A stretch of DNA of 64,000 nt from Pseudobdellovibrionaceae bacterium (GTDB taxonomy: Bacteria > Bdellovibrionota > Bdellovibrionia > Bdellovibrionales > UBA1609), in the NCBI GenBank assembly GCA_030591685.1, contig JAUVAX010000007.1:1-64000 (forward strand), read 5' to 3'. The notes beneath the pieces were generated by a model. It did no database searches. It saw only the letters and a program-made list of their open reading frames with translations, and was not told the origin of the DNA. Of this stretch, positions 7,097-16,890 are shown in pieces. The position numbers and the translations under genes are program-made. Numbering within the stretch: the stretch's first letter is position 1; each line of letters opens with the position of its first letter.

Positions 7097-8140
7097 ATGT
7101 CAAGCTGCTGTGATGAGGGTAATGGTACTCCTAAAAAGAAAAAATTAGACAAACTCTTTTGGGTTTGTTTTTTAACGGTAGTGGTATCGTATGTGGGCCA
7201 CCTCGTTGAAACCCCCATGCCGGGGGCTATGGCGACGTTCTTTCATGCCAGTTTTGAACTCATGAACAAAATGTGGTGGGGCATTGCCCTAGGAGCTTTT
7301 TTTGTAGGCCTACTCGATTTTATCCCCCGAGAGATTGTTATCGCCTCTTTAGGTCAAGACAAGGGGCTAAAGGGCATTATAAGGGCCACCATTGCAGGGT
7401 TATTATTAGATTTATGTTCACACGGTATATTGCTCGTAGGTATGAAGCTCTACAAAAGAGGTGCACGTTTAAGCCAGGTGATGGCTTTTTTAATTGCCAG
7501 CCCCTGGAACTCTTTAAGTTTAACGTTAATTTTAGTCGCTTTGATTGGGTTAAAATGGACTTTGCTGTTTATTTTGTTCTCAGGAGTTATTGCTATAATA
7601 AGCGGTCTTGTTTTTGAGTCTCTTGTAGATAAAAAAATATTGCCAGGCAACCCTAATACCGTTTCACTGCCTGATGACTATAAAGTCATGAGCGAGATTA
7701 AGGGCTTATTTAAAAAAATCACCCCAAATCCTTTAGACTGGGGTCGAGTTTTTTGGGTAGGTACAAAAGACTCAATACCTATTTTAAAATGGCTTTTTTT
7801 AGGGGTTATTATTGCGGGGGCCATGAGGGCTTTTGTATCTATTGAGCACTTTCAGTCCTTTTTAGGCCCAACGGCTTTAGGTTTACTTGTTACTTTAGTT
7901 ATTGCCACAGTTATTGAGGTGTGTTCTGAGGGCTCAACCCCCATTGCTGCCGATATTTTTACTCGAGCAGGGGCCCCGGGCAATTCGTTTGCATTTTTAA
8001 TGACAGGCGTCTCTACAGACTACACCGAGATTATGAGCTTAAAAGAAACCACTAGCTCTTGGAAAATAGCTTTGTTTTTACCCCTGATAACACTCCCTCA
8101 GGTTATATTAATTGCCATACTAGTTAATGTTTATGGGTAA
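7097..8140 (+). CDS. Predicted permease (DUF318/ArsP-like)
   Basis: Multi-TM with repeated LCSHG / VCSEG and AFLIASP / AFLMTG motifs; ATG 7097 preferred to TTG 7061. Confidence 0.8.
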   Translation: MSSCCDEGNGTPKKKKLDKLFWVCFLTVVVSYVGHLVETPMPGAMATFFHASFELMNKMWWGIALGAFFVGLLDFIPREIVIASLGQDKGLKGIIRATIAGLLLDLCSHGILLVGMKLYKRGARLSQVMAFLIASPWNSLSLTLILVALIGLKWTLLFILFSGVIAIISGLVFESLVDKKILPGNPNTVSLPDDYKVMSEIKGLFKKITPNPLDWGRVFWVGTKDSIPILKWLFLGVIIAGAMRAFVSIEHFQSFLGPTALGLLVTLVIATVIEVCSEGSTPIAADIFTRAGAPGNSFAFLMTGVSTDYTEIMSLKETTSSWKIALFLPLITLPQVILIAILVNVYG

Positions 8141-9131
8141 AATAAAAACCTTATCGTTAAAACTCGAAGATCAAAAATTATTTATCTTAGACCAAACTCT
8201 GTTGCCTCATAAAGAGCTGTGGGTAGAGGTTTTATCGCCTGAGCAAATGTGTGACATTATTGTTCAATTAAAAGTCAGGGGTGCTCCGCTTATTGGTGTG
8301 GCTGCAGGTTTAAGCTTAGCTCTTTATGCAATAGGTGGGGCTACAGAGAACGAATATTTAAAAGCCTGTGAGCGCCTTCGCTCGACCAGGCCCACAGCTG
8401 TTAATTTGATGTGGGTTATTGATCAGCTGATTAAAGCGGCTACAACGGCATATAACCCTGAAGAGTTATTTAATATGGCTGTTCAATTTTGCCAAGAAGA
8501 CATAGAGCTTTGTCAAAAAATTGCACAAGCCGGTGCTGAACTTATCAAAGATGGAGATCAAATACTAACCCACTGTAATACCGGAGGGCTTGCCACAGCG
8601 GGGGTGGGCACAGCACTTGGGGTCATTGCAGAGGCCCATAGGCAGGGTAAAAAAATTCATGTCTATGTCGACGAAACAAGACCCCTTTTACAGGGCGCAC
8701 GGTTAACAACCTGGGAGCTAGAGAAGCTTAACATCCCCTACACTTTAATTTGTGATAATATGGCGGCACACCTTATGAGTTTAGGCAAAATCACAAAAGC
8801 CATTGTTGGAGCTGACCGTATTGCAACCAATGGGGACTTTGCCAATAAAATCGGTACCTATACAGTGGCATTAAGTTGTCATTATCATAATATACCCTTT
8901 TATGTCGCGGCCCCTTATACAACCATTGATTTTTCATGCTCCCGCGGTGAACAAATTGAAATTGAGCTACGAAGCCCCGCTGAAGTCCTAGGAGTTCACG
9001 GGGCCTTTGAGAGTGTCATTTGGTCCCCTAAAACTGCAAATACCTATAATCCGGCATTTGATGTGACCCCGGCAAAGCTAGTCACCTCATGGGTGATCGA
9101 CCGAGGGGTTTTTACTTCACCCACCTTTTAA
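8127..9131 (+). CDS. mtnA: S-methyl-5-thioribose-1-phosphate isomerase
   Basis: VRGAPLIG, RPTAVNL, LTHCNTGGLAT, DETRPLLQGARLT, ANKIGTY, NPAFDVTP. Confidence 0.96.
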   Translation: MFMGKIKTLSLKLEDQKLFILDQTLLPHKELWVEVLSPEQMCDIIVQLKVRGAPLIGVAAGLSLALYAIGGATENEYLKACERLRSTRPTAVNLMWVIDQLIKAATTAYNPEELFNMAVQFCQEDIELCQKIAQAGAELIKDGDQILTHCNTGGLATAGVGTALGVIAEAHRQGKKIHVYVDETRPLLQGARLTTWELEKLNIPYTLICDNMAAHLMSLGKITKAIVGADRIATNGDFANKIGTYTVALSCHYHNIPFYVAAPYTTIDFSCSRGEQIEIELRSPAEVLGVHGAFESVIWSPKTANTYNPAFDVTPAKLVTSWVIDRGVFTSPTF

Positions 9132-9368
9132 AGCCTAAAAGGGGTCAAAAAAACTTTAAGTGCTATTGTTTTTGATTTGAGCGGCACTTGAGGGGCAGTT
9201 TTACTCGTTTTCAAACCCTTAAGCCCTACAGGATCAGGGTTAACCACTCACCCTATAAGAAATATATCTTAGTAAAAAAAGTTAGGTAATAAATAAGATT
9301 TACTATAGTATGTGCCCAAATATTAAATTATTTTTATTGGGCCATTTTGGAATTTATAGGAGGCGCCC

Positions 9369-10046
9369 ATGACCACCTTTGAGCGAAAAATCAAATATCG
9401 TTTTGTTAATAGCAATTTATTAACAAGAGCCCTGACTCATAAAAGTTACCACAATGAAAATTTAAAAAAATCTATTGGCAACAACGAACGTTTAGAGTTT
9501 TTAGGCGATGCTGTTTTAGATTTAGTTTTAAGTGATTATTTAATGCGTATGTTTCTTGAGGTGGATGAAGGGGATTTATCAAAACTCCGCGCCTCACTTG
9601 TTAATGAGCAAGCCCTTTTTGAAATTGCCGAAGAGTTAGAGGTCAGTGAGTTTCTTAAGCTTGGCAAGGGTGAGTCCGGATCTGGTGGGACTAAAAAACC
9701 ACGACTACTCGCCTCGGCACTAGAGGCCCTTTTAGGGGCTGTGTTTATTGATGGTGGTTTTAACTCAGCTTACAAAGTGGTTGTCGATTTGTTTGATAAA
9801 AAAATTGAAGCCGTTGATTTAAGTACTCAGTATAAGCTCGATTACAAAACAAGGCTTCAAGAGCTTGTGCAAGAGAGTCATAAACAAACCCCCTCATATA
9901 AAGTGATTAATGAAGAGGGGCCAGATCATGATAAAAATTTTATTGTACAGGTATTAGTCGACGTCACTGTTTTAGGGCAGGGCGAAGGGAACAGTAAAAA
10001 ATTAGCCTCTCAAGAGGCCGCACGTTTAGCTTTGGAGGGTTTATAA
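9369..10046 (+). CDS. rnc: Ribonuclease III
   Basis: NERLEFLGDAVL signature and C-terminal dsRBD (DYKTRLQE). Confidence 0.98.
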   Translation: MTTFERKIKYRFVNSNLLTRALTHKSYHNENLKKSIGNNERLEFLGDAVLDLVLSDYLMRMFLEVDEGDLSKLRASLVNEQALFEIAEELEVSEFLKLGKGESGSGGTKKPRLLASALEALLGAVFIDGGFNSAYKVVVDLFDKKIEAVDLSTQYKLDYKTRLQELVQESHKQTPSYKVINEEGPDHDKNFIVQVLVDVTVLGQGEGNSKKLASQEAARLALEGL

Positions 10047-10933
10047 TGAGAGCAGGTTATGTAGGGGTTATTGGTCAACCCAATGCCGGAAAGTCAACTT
10101 TGGTGAATGCACTGGTTGCCGAAAAGGTATCTATAGTGAGTCACAAGCCTCAAACAACAAGGCAAAGAATCAGTGGGATTTGGACAGATAACGAAGCACA
10201 AGTTATTTTTTTAGACGCCCCAGGGGTTGTACATGCAGAGACGGGTTTAAATTTTTACCTGCAAGAAGAGTACAAGTCAGTCATTGAAGACTCAGATGTG
10301 TTAATGGCCATTTTAAACCTAGATGTTCAAAAAAAAGAATTAGCTAAAGAGATCGTCGAATTATGCCAAAAAAGTGGTAAGCCATGGATTGCTATTATTT
10401 CTAAGGTGGATCAAAAAAAAGAAGAACGCATGAATGCCCTTATTGAGCTCATGTCAGGGCTTGATGTTCCGATTATAAAAACTTCAGCTAAAAACAACCC
10501 TCAAAAAGCTCAAGATAACATTCTGCCCCTATTAAAGGTGCTTTTACCCCAAACTCCAGAGCCATTATTTGATACTGAAATATACACAACTCAAAATTTG
10601 CGACAATTAGCTGCTGAGGTGATTAGGGAGAAGTGTTTTTACTACCTCCATCAAGAAATCCCTTATGGGTTGGCCATTAAAATTTTAAAATTTGATGAGA
10701 GCAACCCTGAAATTACAAAAATTTACGCAGACATTATAATCAATAAGATGAGTCATAAAAGTATGGTCATCGGCACCGGGGGCAGCACATTAAAGCGTAT
10801 TGGCCAGTCCGCCCGTATCGAGCTAGAGCAAAGTTTTAATATTAAAATATACTTAAGCCTTCATGTAAATGTCAGGGCTCAATGGTTAAAGTCTAACAAA
10901 GCACTTGAGGAGTATGGCTATGCCCGCAACTAG
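10046..10933 (+). CDS. era: GTPase Era
   Basis: GQPNAGKST, PQTTR, QEIPY, KH domain VIGTGG; follows rnc. Confidence 0.97.
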   Translation: MRAGYVGVIGQPNAGKSTLVNALVAEKVSIVSHKPQTTRQRISGIWTDNEAQVIFLDAPGVVHAETGLNFYLQEEYKSVIEDSDVLMAILNLDVQKKELAKEIVELCQKSGKPWIAIISKVDQKKEERMNALIELMSGLDVPIIKTSAKNNPQKAQDNILPLLKVLLPQTPEPLFDTEIYTTQNLRQLAAEVIREKCFYYLHQEIPYGLAIKILKFDESNPEITKIYADIIINKMSHKSMVIGTGGSTLKRIGQSARIELEQSFNIKIYLSLHVNVRAQWLKSNKALEEYGYARN

Positions 10934-12368
10934 GTCTCCACAAGTGGCCATAATGGGCCGTCCAAACGTTGGTAAATCAACATTGTTTAATATATTGACT
11001 CGCTCCCGAAAGGCCGTTGTTCGCAATGAGTCCGGAGTAACAAGAGATGTTAACCTTGAACCTGCTGATTGGTGGGGTCATGAGTTTGATGTTGTAGACA
11101 CTGGCGGTATAACAGAGGCTTCAGACACCTTTTCGCAGCTGATTAAACAACAGGTCTCTGAACTTATAAATAACGTAGACTTACTCATTGTTGTTATGGA
11201 TGGTAAATCAGGCCTCGTACCCGAGGACCGCGACATTATAAAGCTTGCTAAGCAATCAGGTAAGCCGATGTTTTTAGTGGTTAATAAAGTCGACCAGATG
11301 CAAAATTCAGAGCTCATTTTAGCCGAATTTTATGAGTTCGGCATCGACGTGATCGCCTGTTCCTTTGAAAAGCGAGACAGCGTAGATGTCATAGTCGAAT
11401 GGATTATAGGCCAGCTCCCCGAGGAGCCCTATGTGCCAACTCATAGAGAGGGCGTTCGCCTCGCCGTTATTGGTAAACCTAATGCGGGTAAAAGCTCGCT
11501 GTGTAATTTCTTGCTCGATAAAAACCGTATGATGGTCTCTTCTATTGCCGGAACTACTGTAGATGCGGTAGAGGCCCAGTTCAAATATAACGAAAAAGAC
11601 TATGTACTCATCGACACGGCCGGCTTAAGGCGCCAGTCTAAGAGAAAAGACGGCGTTGAGGTTCTTTCGTCATTTAAATCATATGATGCCATTAGAAAGG
11701 CTGATGTGGTGCTTTTGGTTATAGACGGGGTCATAGGCCCTTCTGTGCAAGAGGCCAAAATGGTAGAGTACATACTAGACCGCCACAAAGCCGTTATTGT
11801 CGTTAGTAACAAAATTGATTTAGCAAAAAAAGAACGACCCGAATTTCGCAAGTGGTACCGTGAGCAAATGAATGAAAAATTTCACTTTTTTGACGACATC
11901 CCACAAGTGTTTATTAGTGCAAAAACAGGCTCAGGTATTAATGATTTATTTTCACTCATTGAGGATGTGTGGGTCAAAATGAGTACTAAAATAAAAACAT
12001 CTAAATTAAATGACTTTTTTTTCGAGAGTATTCGCCAAGCTCCGGCCCCTGTTTATGGTACAAAAAATGTAAAGTTTTATTACTTAACTCAGACCCATCA
12101 GGTGCCGCCTAGTTTTATTGCCTTTGCCAATCAACCCGAAGGGGTAACAACAGGATACCGTCGATTTTTAATAAAAAGAATTAAACAACGATTTGATCTT
12201 CAAGGTATACCTATTAGAATTTTCTGTATGAAAAGCAAAAAAAATAAAAAAACAAAAACCATTGATATTGAGAGCGACCATGAACTTATAAATCAAGAAG
12301 AGGCTCAGCATATACAAGAGCACATTCAGGAGTACGAGCTCGGTGAGCCCTCAGAATCAACACCATAG
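10920..12368 (+). CDS. der: Ribosome biogenesis GTPase Der (EngA)
   Basis: Two GTPase domains (GRPNVGKST, GKPNAGKSS), DTGG/DTAG, C-terminal KH-like domain; start uncertain (10905-10920). Confidence 0.97.
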   Translation: MPATRSPQVAIMGRPNVGKSTLFNILTRSRKAVVRNESGVTRDVNLEPADWWGHEFDVVDTGGITEASDTFSQLIKQQVSELINNVDLLIVVMDGKSGLVPEDRDIIKLAKQSGKPMFLVVNKVDQMQNSELILAEFYEFGIDVIACSFEKRDSVDVIVEWIIGQLPEEPYVPTHREGVRLAVIGKPNAGKSSLCNFLLDKNRMMVSSIAGTTVDAVEAQFKYNEKDYVLIDTAGLRRQSKRKDGVEVLSSFKSYDAIRKADVVLLVIDGVIGPSVQEAKMVEYILDRHKAVIVVSNKIDLAKKERPEFRKWYREQMNEKFHFFDDIPQVFISAKTGSGINDLFSLIEDVWVKMSTKIKTSKLNDFFFESIRQAPAPVYGTKNVKFYYLTQTHQVPPSFIAFANQPEGVTTGYRRFLIKRIKQRFDLQGIPIRIFCMKSKKNKKTKTIDIESDHELINQEEAQHIQEHIQEYELGEPSESTP

Positions 12369-13743
12369 GGGTGTTATAAACAAATTTAGCTTTTATTTTG
12401 TTTCTATGGGCTTTGGTTTTGGCTTAGGCAATTTATGGCGATTCCCCTATGTAGTCTATGAAAACGGCGGAGGGGCGTTTTTATTATTATACTTTTTCTT
12501 TGCAATCCTCATCGCCTTACCACTTTTAATTTCTGAACTATTGATTGGTAAAATTAAAAGAAACCCTATTTCTGTTTGTTTAGAGAGTTTAGCAACAGAG
12601 GGGGCAAAGGTGTGGCACCCTGAAACAGAAGACACTGTTTTTTTAAAGGGAGCTTTAAGGTATATTGCCTATATCTCTGTATTTGTGTGCTTACTCGTTT
12701 TAACTTATTTTGCTGTCATTAGCGGATGGGTGTTGTTTTACTTCACTCAATTTTCTTTAGGTTTATTTGATGAGGCCTTTCAGGGGGCCACTATTTTATC
12801 AACTTTAAAGAAAAATGGATGGTTGCAGGTTGGTTTTGCAGGCGTTCATATGTTGATTGTTTTATTATTTGTCCTTCGTACCAAAAAAAAGGAGAGGCCG
12901 GGCATAGTGGGGTATTTAATGCCTCTTTTTGTAATTTTAGTTGTCGTTTTGGCAGTAAAATCACTCTCTTTAGATACAGCCACTGAGGCGTTGAAGTATT
13001 TATTTTACCCTGACTTTAGTAAATTAAAAATCACCTCCCCAGCAGCGGCTTTAGGTCACTTACTGTTTACTTTGAGTATGGGCTTTGGGGTTATGATTAC
13101 CTTTGGGTCCTATTTCAGGTCAGACACCTCTGTGCCACGAGCGAGCTTACAAATATTAACAATGGATACTTTAGTTTCTATTTTTGCAGCACTTTTGGTG
13201 TTTCCATTGGTGATGTCCATAGAGGGGGTTCGGGCCGGACCTGAGCTGTTATTTCAAACAGTCCCTGTATTGTTAAGCCAAATTAAAGGTGGAGTTATAT
13301 TTGGAGTTGGGTTTTTTATTTGTTTATACGTAGCGGCTTTAGGGTCGAGCATTGGGTTACTCGAGACCATTATTGATAACGTGAGTACAAAATTTGAGAC
13401 TAAGCGTTCAAAGGCGGCAATAGTTATAGGTGGCGTGTGTGTTGTGATGTCCATATTGCCATCGTTTTCGAGTAATTTTTTTAGTCATATATTAACTCAA
13501 TCAGGCGGGGTTTTTAAGCTGTGGGATGAGCTGCTCATTAATTGGACTCTGCCCTTATTAACATTAATTGTAAGCCAGGTGGCCTTATATAAATTAGATC
13601 AAAAAACCTTAAAACAAGAGTTTTTTGACGAATCCAGCCCTATGAGTCCCTCTGTTTACACCCACTGGCGATTTATTATTAAATGGGCGGTAGTGCCTGT
13701 GACAGTGGTGTGTTTAGTTTTACAACTTATTGGTTTATTTTAA
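12343..13743 (+). CDS. Sodium-dependent transporter (NSS/SNF family)
   Basis: GLGNLWRFPY, NGGGAF, FTLSMGFG, GPELLF motifs; multi-TM. Confidence 0.92.
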   Translation: MSPQNQHHRGVINKFSFYFVSMGFGFGLGNLWRFPYVVYENGGGAFLLLYFFFAILIALPLLISELLIGKIKRNPISVCLESLATEGAKVWHPETEDTVFLKGALRYIAYISVFVCLLVLTYFAVISGWVLFYFTQFSLGLFDEAFQGATILSTLKKNGWLQVGFAGVHMLIVLLFVLRTKKKERPGIVGYLMPLFVILVVVLAVKSLSLDTATEALKYLFYPDFSKLKITSPAAALGHLLFTLSMGFGVMITFGSYFRSDTSVPRASLQILTMDTLVSIFAALLVFPLVMSIEGVRAGPELLFQTVPVLLSQIKGGVIFGVGFFICLYVAALGSSIGLLETIIDNVSTKFETKRSKAAIVIGGVCVVMSILPSFSSNFFSHILTQSGGVFKLWDELLINWTLPLLTLIVSQVALYKLDQKTLKQEFFDESSPMSPSVYTHWRFIIKWAVVPVTVVCLVLQLIGLF

Positions 13744-14474
13744 AAGTTAACACCAACTATGGCTAACGCACTAATTACATCTCCACCTGGGAAGATCCCT
13801 GTAGGGTCGTTGTCAATTTCAAGTTCTTGAGTCTCATTAGCAAAGTTAATTAAATGAAACATCCCCTGAAACCCAATATACATTTTATTTTGCAACATCG
13901 GAAACTCGATGCCGGCACCAATTTCAAACCCGTTAGTGCTATCTTGCCCAATGTTTAAAGAGGCATCGCTAGAGATGGTCCTGACCACCTGGGCAAAGCC
14001 AACAATTAAATAAGGGTTTAAATCAGCAAGTCCTCGAGTTACATTTTGCGTGTTAAAGTAATACTTTATATCAATGCCAAACATAGTGAGTTCAGAGCTG
14101 TTGCTAAACGTATTCTCAAGGTTAGATACAGCACTGGCAGTACCTTGGCTTGATAAGTACGTAAACTGTAAAGCAAAGCGCAGGTCAAAAAAGTAAGTGA
14201 TGTAAATTCCAAAGGGGGTTGAGGAGCTAAAGACCTCAGCCATCGCCTCTGTGTAAACTTGAGTCCCGATCATGATTCCAGCGTTAAAAAAACGACCATT
14301 TTTAAAAAAGTTAATGTCGGCTTCTTCTTCGGCGTCCTCTGAAAACTCACTAAAATCAGCAAAAGGGTCAGTACTCCCAGAATTATTTTGAGCCATTAAG
14401 TAGCCAGTGGGGGCCGCTTGAGCCTGCTGAAAAACCATGCAAAAACAGAATAAAAACAAAACGGCTAACTTCAC
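13740..14474 (-). CDS. Outer-membrane beta-barrel protein
   Basis: Signal peptide (AQA cleavage site), beta-strand pattern, LNPY motif, C-terminal VGVNF; GGAGG RBS. Confidence 0.75.
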   Translation of the reverse strand: MKLAVLFLFCFCMVFQQAQAAPTGYLMAQNNSGSTDPFADFSEFSEDAEEEADINFFKNGRFFNAGIMIGTQVYTEAMAEVFSSSTPFGIYITYFFDLRFALQFTYLSSQGTASAVSNLENTFSNSSELTMFGIDIKYYFNTQNVTRGLADLNPYLIVGFAQVVRTISSDASLNIGQDSTNGFEIGAGIEFPMLQNKMYIGFQGMFHLINFANETQELEIDNDPTGIFPGGDVISALAIVGVNF

Positions 14475-14614
14475 TAAATGCCTCCAAGTGTTAAGGGTCT
14501 ATTATAATACTAAAAGGCTCTAAATCTTAAGCCTTTTGACTCTCAGCAACTGACCTAAGTATTGAATTTTCATATAAATTTTGATAGGTTCAGGCCCTCT
14601 TAAGGAGTCTGTCG

Positions 14615-15628
14615 ATGGCTATTGACTATAAAAGTTCTGGGGTAGATATCGCTAAAGGCGAGTCTCTTGTCGATTGGCTTAAGGGGAGTGATCCCACTCC
14701 AGAGTCGTTAAAAAAACAAGTGGTTTCAGGTATTGGTGGGTTTTCGGCACTTTTTAGTGTTAACTTTTCGCAAATGAAATCTCCGTGTTTAGTGAGTGCT
14801 ACTGACGGGGTGGGGACAAAAATTAAACTGGCCTCAGATTTTAATCGTTACGCTGAGGTGGGGCAGGACCTCGTCGCCATGTGTGTTAACGACATGATCT
14901 GCTGTGGCGCTAAGCCTTTATTTTTTTTAGACTACTACTCAACCGGTCGATTACAGCTCGAACCAGCTAAAGAGTTTTTAACAGGTGTTAGAAACGCCTG
15001 TATCGAAAGCCAGTGTGTACTCATTGGTGGCGAAACAGCAGAAATGCCAGGTATTTATCAGGGCAATGACTTTGATGCAGCTGGCTTTAGTGTGGGCGTT
15101 GTTGATCAAGAAAAGGCACTAGGGTCGCACCTAGTTTGTGAGGGCGATCAAATTTTAGGTGTATCAAGTTCGGGCTTTCATAGTAACGGGTTTTCTTTAG
15201 TCAGAAAGCTTTTTAAAAGCGATATAGCCGACTGGATAGATCAACTCATTAAACCAACACATTTGTACCCTCAACTCGTGAGTCAGATATTATCTAAAAC
15301 TAAAGCGCATGCCTTTGCTCATATTACTGGAGGGGGTATTGATAATGTGGCCCGAGTCATCCCAAAAGGGCTTCAGGCTAAGGTGTTACCTTGGGAAGTG
15401 CCTTCGTTATTTATTGAGGCTAAAAATCGCTCTAAGCTTTCGTGGGAGTCTCTGTTAAAAACTTTTAACTGTGGCCTTGGCCTTGTCGTTGTTTTACCAA
15501 AAGAGAGTGTCACAGTTGTTAAAGCCGAAGCTCAAGAGTTAGGGTTTGATTGTTTTGACCTAGGGAGTATTGTCACAGGCGATGAGCCTTTATTAGTAGA
15601 CTATAACGGTTTTACGGAGCAAGGATGA
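14615..15628 (+). CDS. purM: Phosphoribosylformylglycinamidine cyclo-ligase
   Basis: DGVGTK, DLVAMCVND, GGETAEMP, HSNGFSL, AHITGGG. Confidence 0.98.
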   Translation: MAIDYKSSGVDIAKGESLVDWLKGSDPTPESLKKQVVSGIGGFSALFSVNFSQMKSPCLVSATDGVGTKIKLASDFNRYAEVGQDLVAMCVNDMICCGAKPLFFLDYYSTGRLQLEPAKEFLTGVRNACIESQCVLIGGETAEMPGIYQGNDFDAAGFSVGVVDQEKALGSHLVCEGDQILGVSSSGFHSNGFSLVRKLFKSDIADWIDQLIKPTHLYPQLVSQILSKTKAHAFAHITGGGIDNVARVIPKGLQAKVLPWEVPSLFIEAKNRSKLSWESLLKTFNCGLGLVVVLPKESVTVVKAEAQELGFDCFDLGSIVTGDEPLLVDYNGFTEQG

Positions 15629-16890
15629 GTCAAAAGTACGATGTAGCCCTTATTTCAATCTATGGCCGAGCCAACTGGTTAGCTGCAGAGCTGGCTGAAA
15701 AGGGCAAGAGTGTTGTTTTAATTGATGTAAGCCAGCTTTTTGGGCACTGGGCCCCTGAAGACTGGGAGGGTCCTTTTGGTTTTTTTCATGCAGATACTTT
15801 AAAGGCTTCACAAAAAGAGAGGCTCTCTGAAGACGATTACCACGAGGCTGTTGATGAGGGTTTTGTTCTGTGGTTAAGCTCCGGCCCCATAGAGTTAAAG
15901 GGGAGTTTGTCGGCTCACTGGTTATCTGATTTTGAAAACCAAGGTGTAAATGTTCAACATGTCTCTGGAGTAAATAACAAAACTGAGTTGCAGGTGAGTG
16001 AGAGTGCTCAACAGCTGCAAAAAGAAGAATTTCAGCACTCTTGGTTTGCTCACCTCTCCCATCAAATGGCCTCAAATGTATTTTTAGACAACAATGAGTC
16101 TGTCCGTCGTGGTCGCCCTTTAAACCTTTTCTCGCCCTACTATATTCGAAGAGTAAGTCGGAGGGGGCTAGAGCAATCCCTAAATTGGTGCAAGACCAAA
16201 GGAGTCACTGTTATTAGTGGGGCCAAGGTTGTTGATATGCAAGTTGATAAAAAGTCAGTCTCAGCACTTGAGGTAGAGTCCGCTCACTCTGAGGTGATAG
16301 ATGCAGATAATTTTATTTGGATGCTCAGCTCTGACGAAAGCCAAAGGTTTTCAAAAAAAATAACAGAAACCCTCTATCCTAATGGGGCGGTTGAAAGCCA
16401 ATGGGCTTGGGTTCGCTATCGTTTAAAACTCAGTAAAACATTAGCGACAGAGTCTTTACCATTAAAGTTTGTTATTATTGATGACCTAGAGCTCACCTGG
16501 GCCTATGAAAACATGTGTCTTGTTCAAAAAACAGTCCAAGAAGACTCATTAGATGTATGGGTACGTATACCCACACAGCACAGGTTTCAAAAGTCATACC
16601 TTGAAAATTTAAGTAGTTTTATTTGTAAATTAATTCATAAAAAAGTCCCTGAGTCATACCCTGAGGTCGTAGATATGCCCCAAGACTATCATTATAACTA
16701 TGAGGCCCTAGGGCCCCCCAGGTTTCCGGTTTATGACCGAGAAGAACTAAAAACTTTTAAACCCAGCATATTTAATAATGTTTATTATGATGGCCCGGAG
16801 TTTTGGGTCAACATGGACTGGGTGGGACAGTTTCAAAGACAAGAGCGGATATTAAAAAGTTTGAGTGAACATAAAGGAGAGTCAACTTGA
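15625..16890 (+). CDS. Hypothetical protein, possible degenerate FAD/NAD-binding oxidoreductase fold
   Basis: 421 aa coupled to purM and purB; YDVALI...LAAELAEKGKSVVLID resembles a Rossmann unit without GxGxxG. Confidence 0.6.
   Translation: MSQKYDVALISIYGRANWLAAELAEKGKSVVLIDVSQLFGHWAPEDWEGPFGFFHADTLKASQKERLSEDDYHEAVDEGFVLWLSSGPIELKGSLSAHWLSDFENQGVNVQHVSGVNNKTELQVSESAQQLQKEEFQHSWFAHLSHQMASNVFLDNNESVRRGRPLNLFSPYYIRRVSRRGLEQSLNWCKTKGVTVISGAKVVDMQVDKKSVSALEVESAHSEVIDADNFIWMLSSDESQRFSKKITETLYPNGAVESQWAWVRYRLKLSKTLATESLPLKFVIIDDLELTWAYENMCLVQKTVQEDSLDVWVRIPTQHRFQKSYLENLSSFICKLIHKKVPESYPEVVDMPQDYHYNYEALGPPRFPVYDREELKTFKPSIFNNVYYDGPEFWVNMDWVGQFQRQERILKSLSEHKGEST

Noticed and set aside
14475..14614. 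Purine or ZTP riboswitch upstream of purM
   Set aside because: Short AT-rich divergent spacer with no recognisable aptamer structure.
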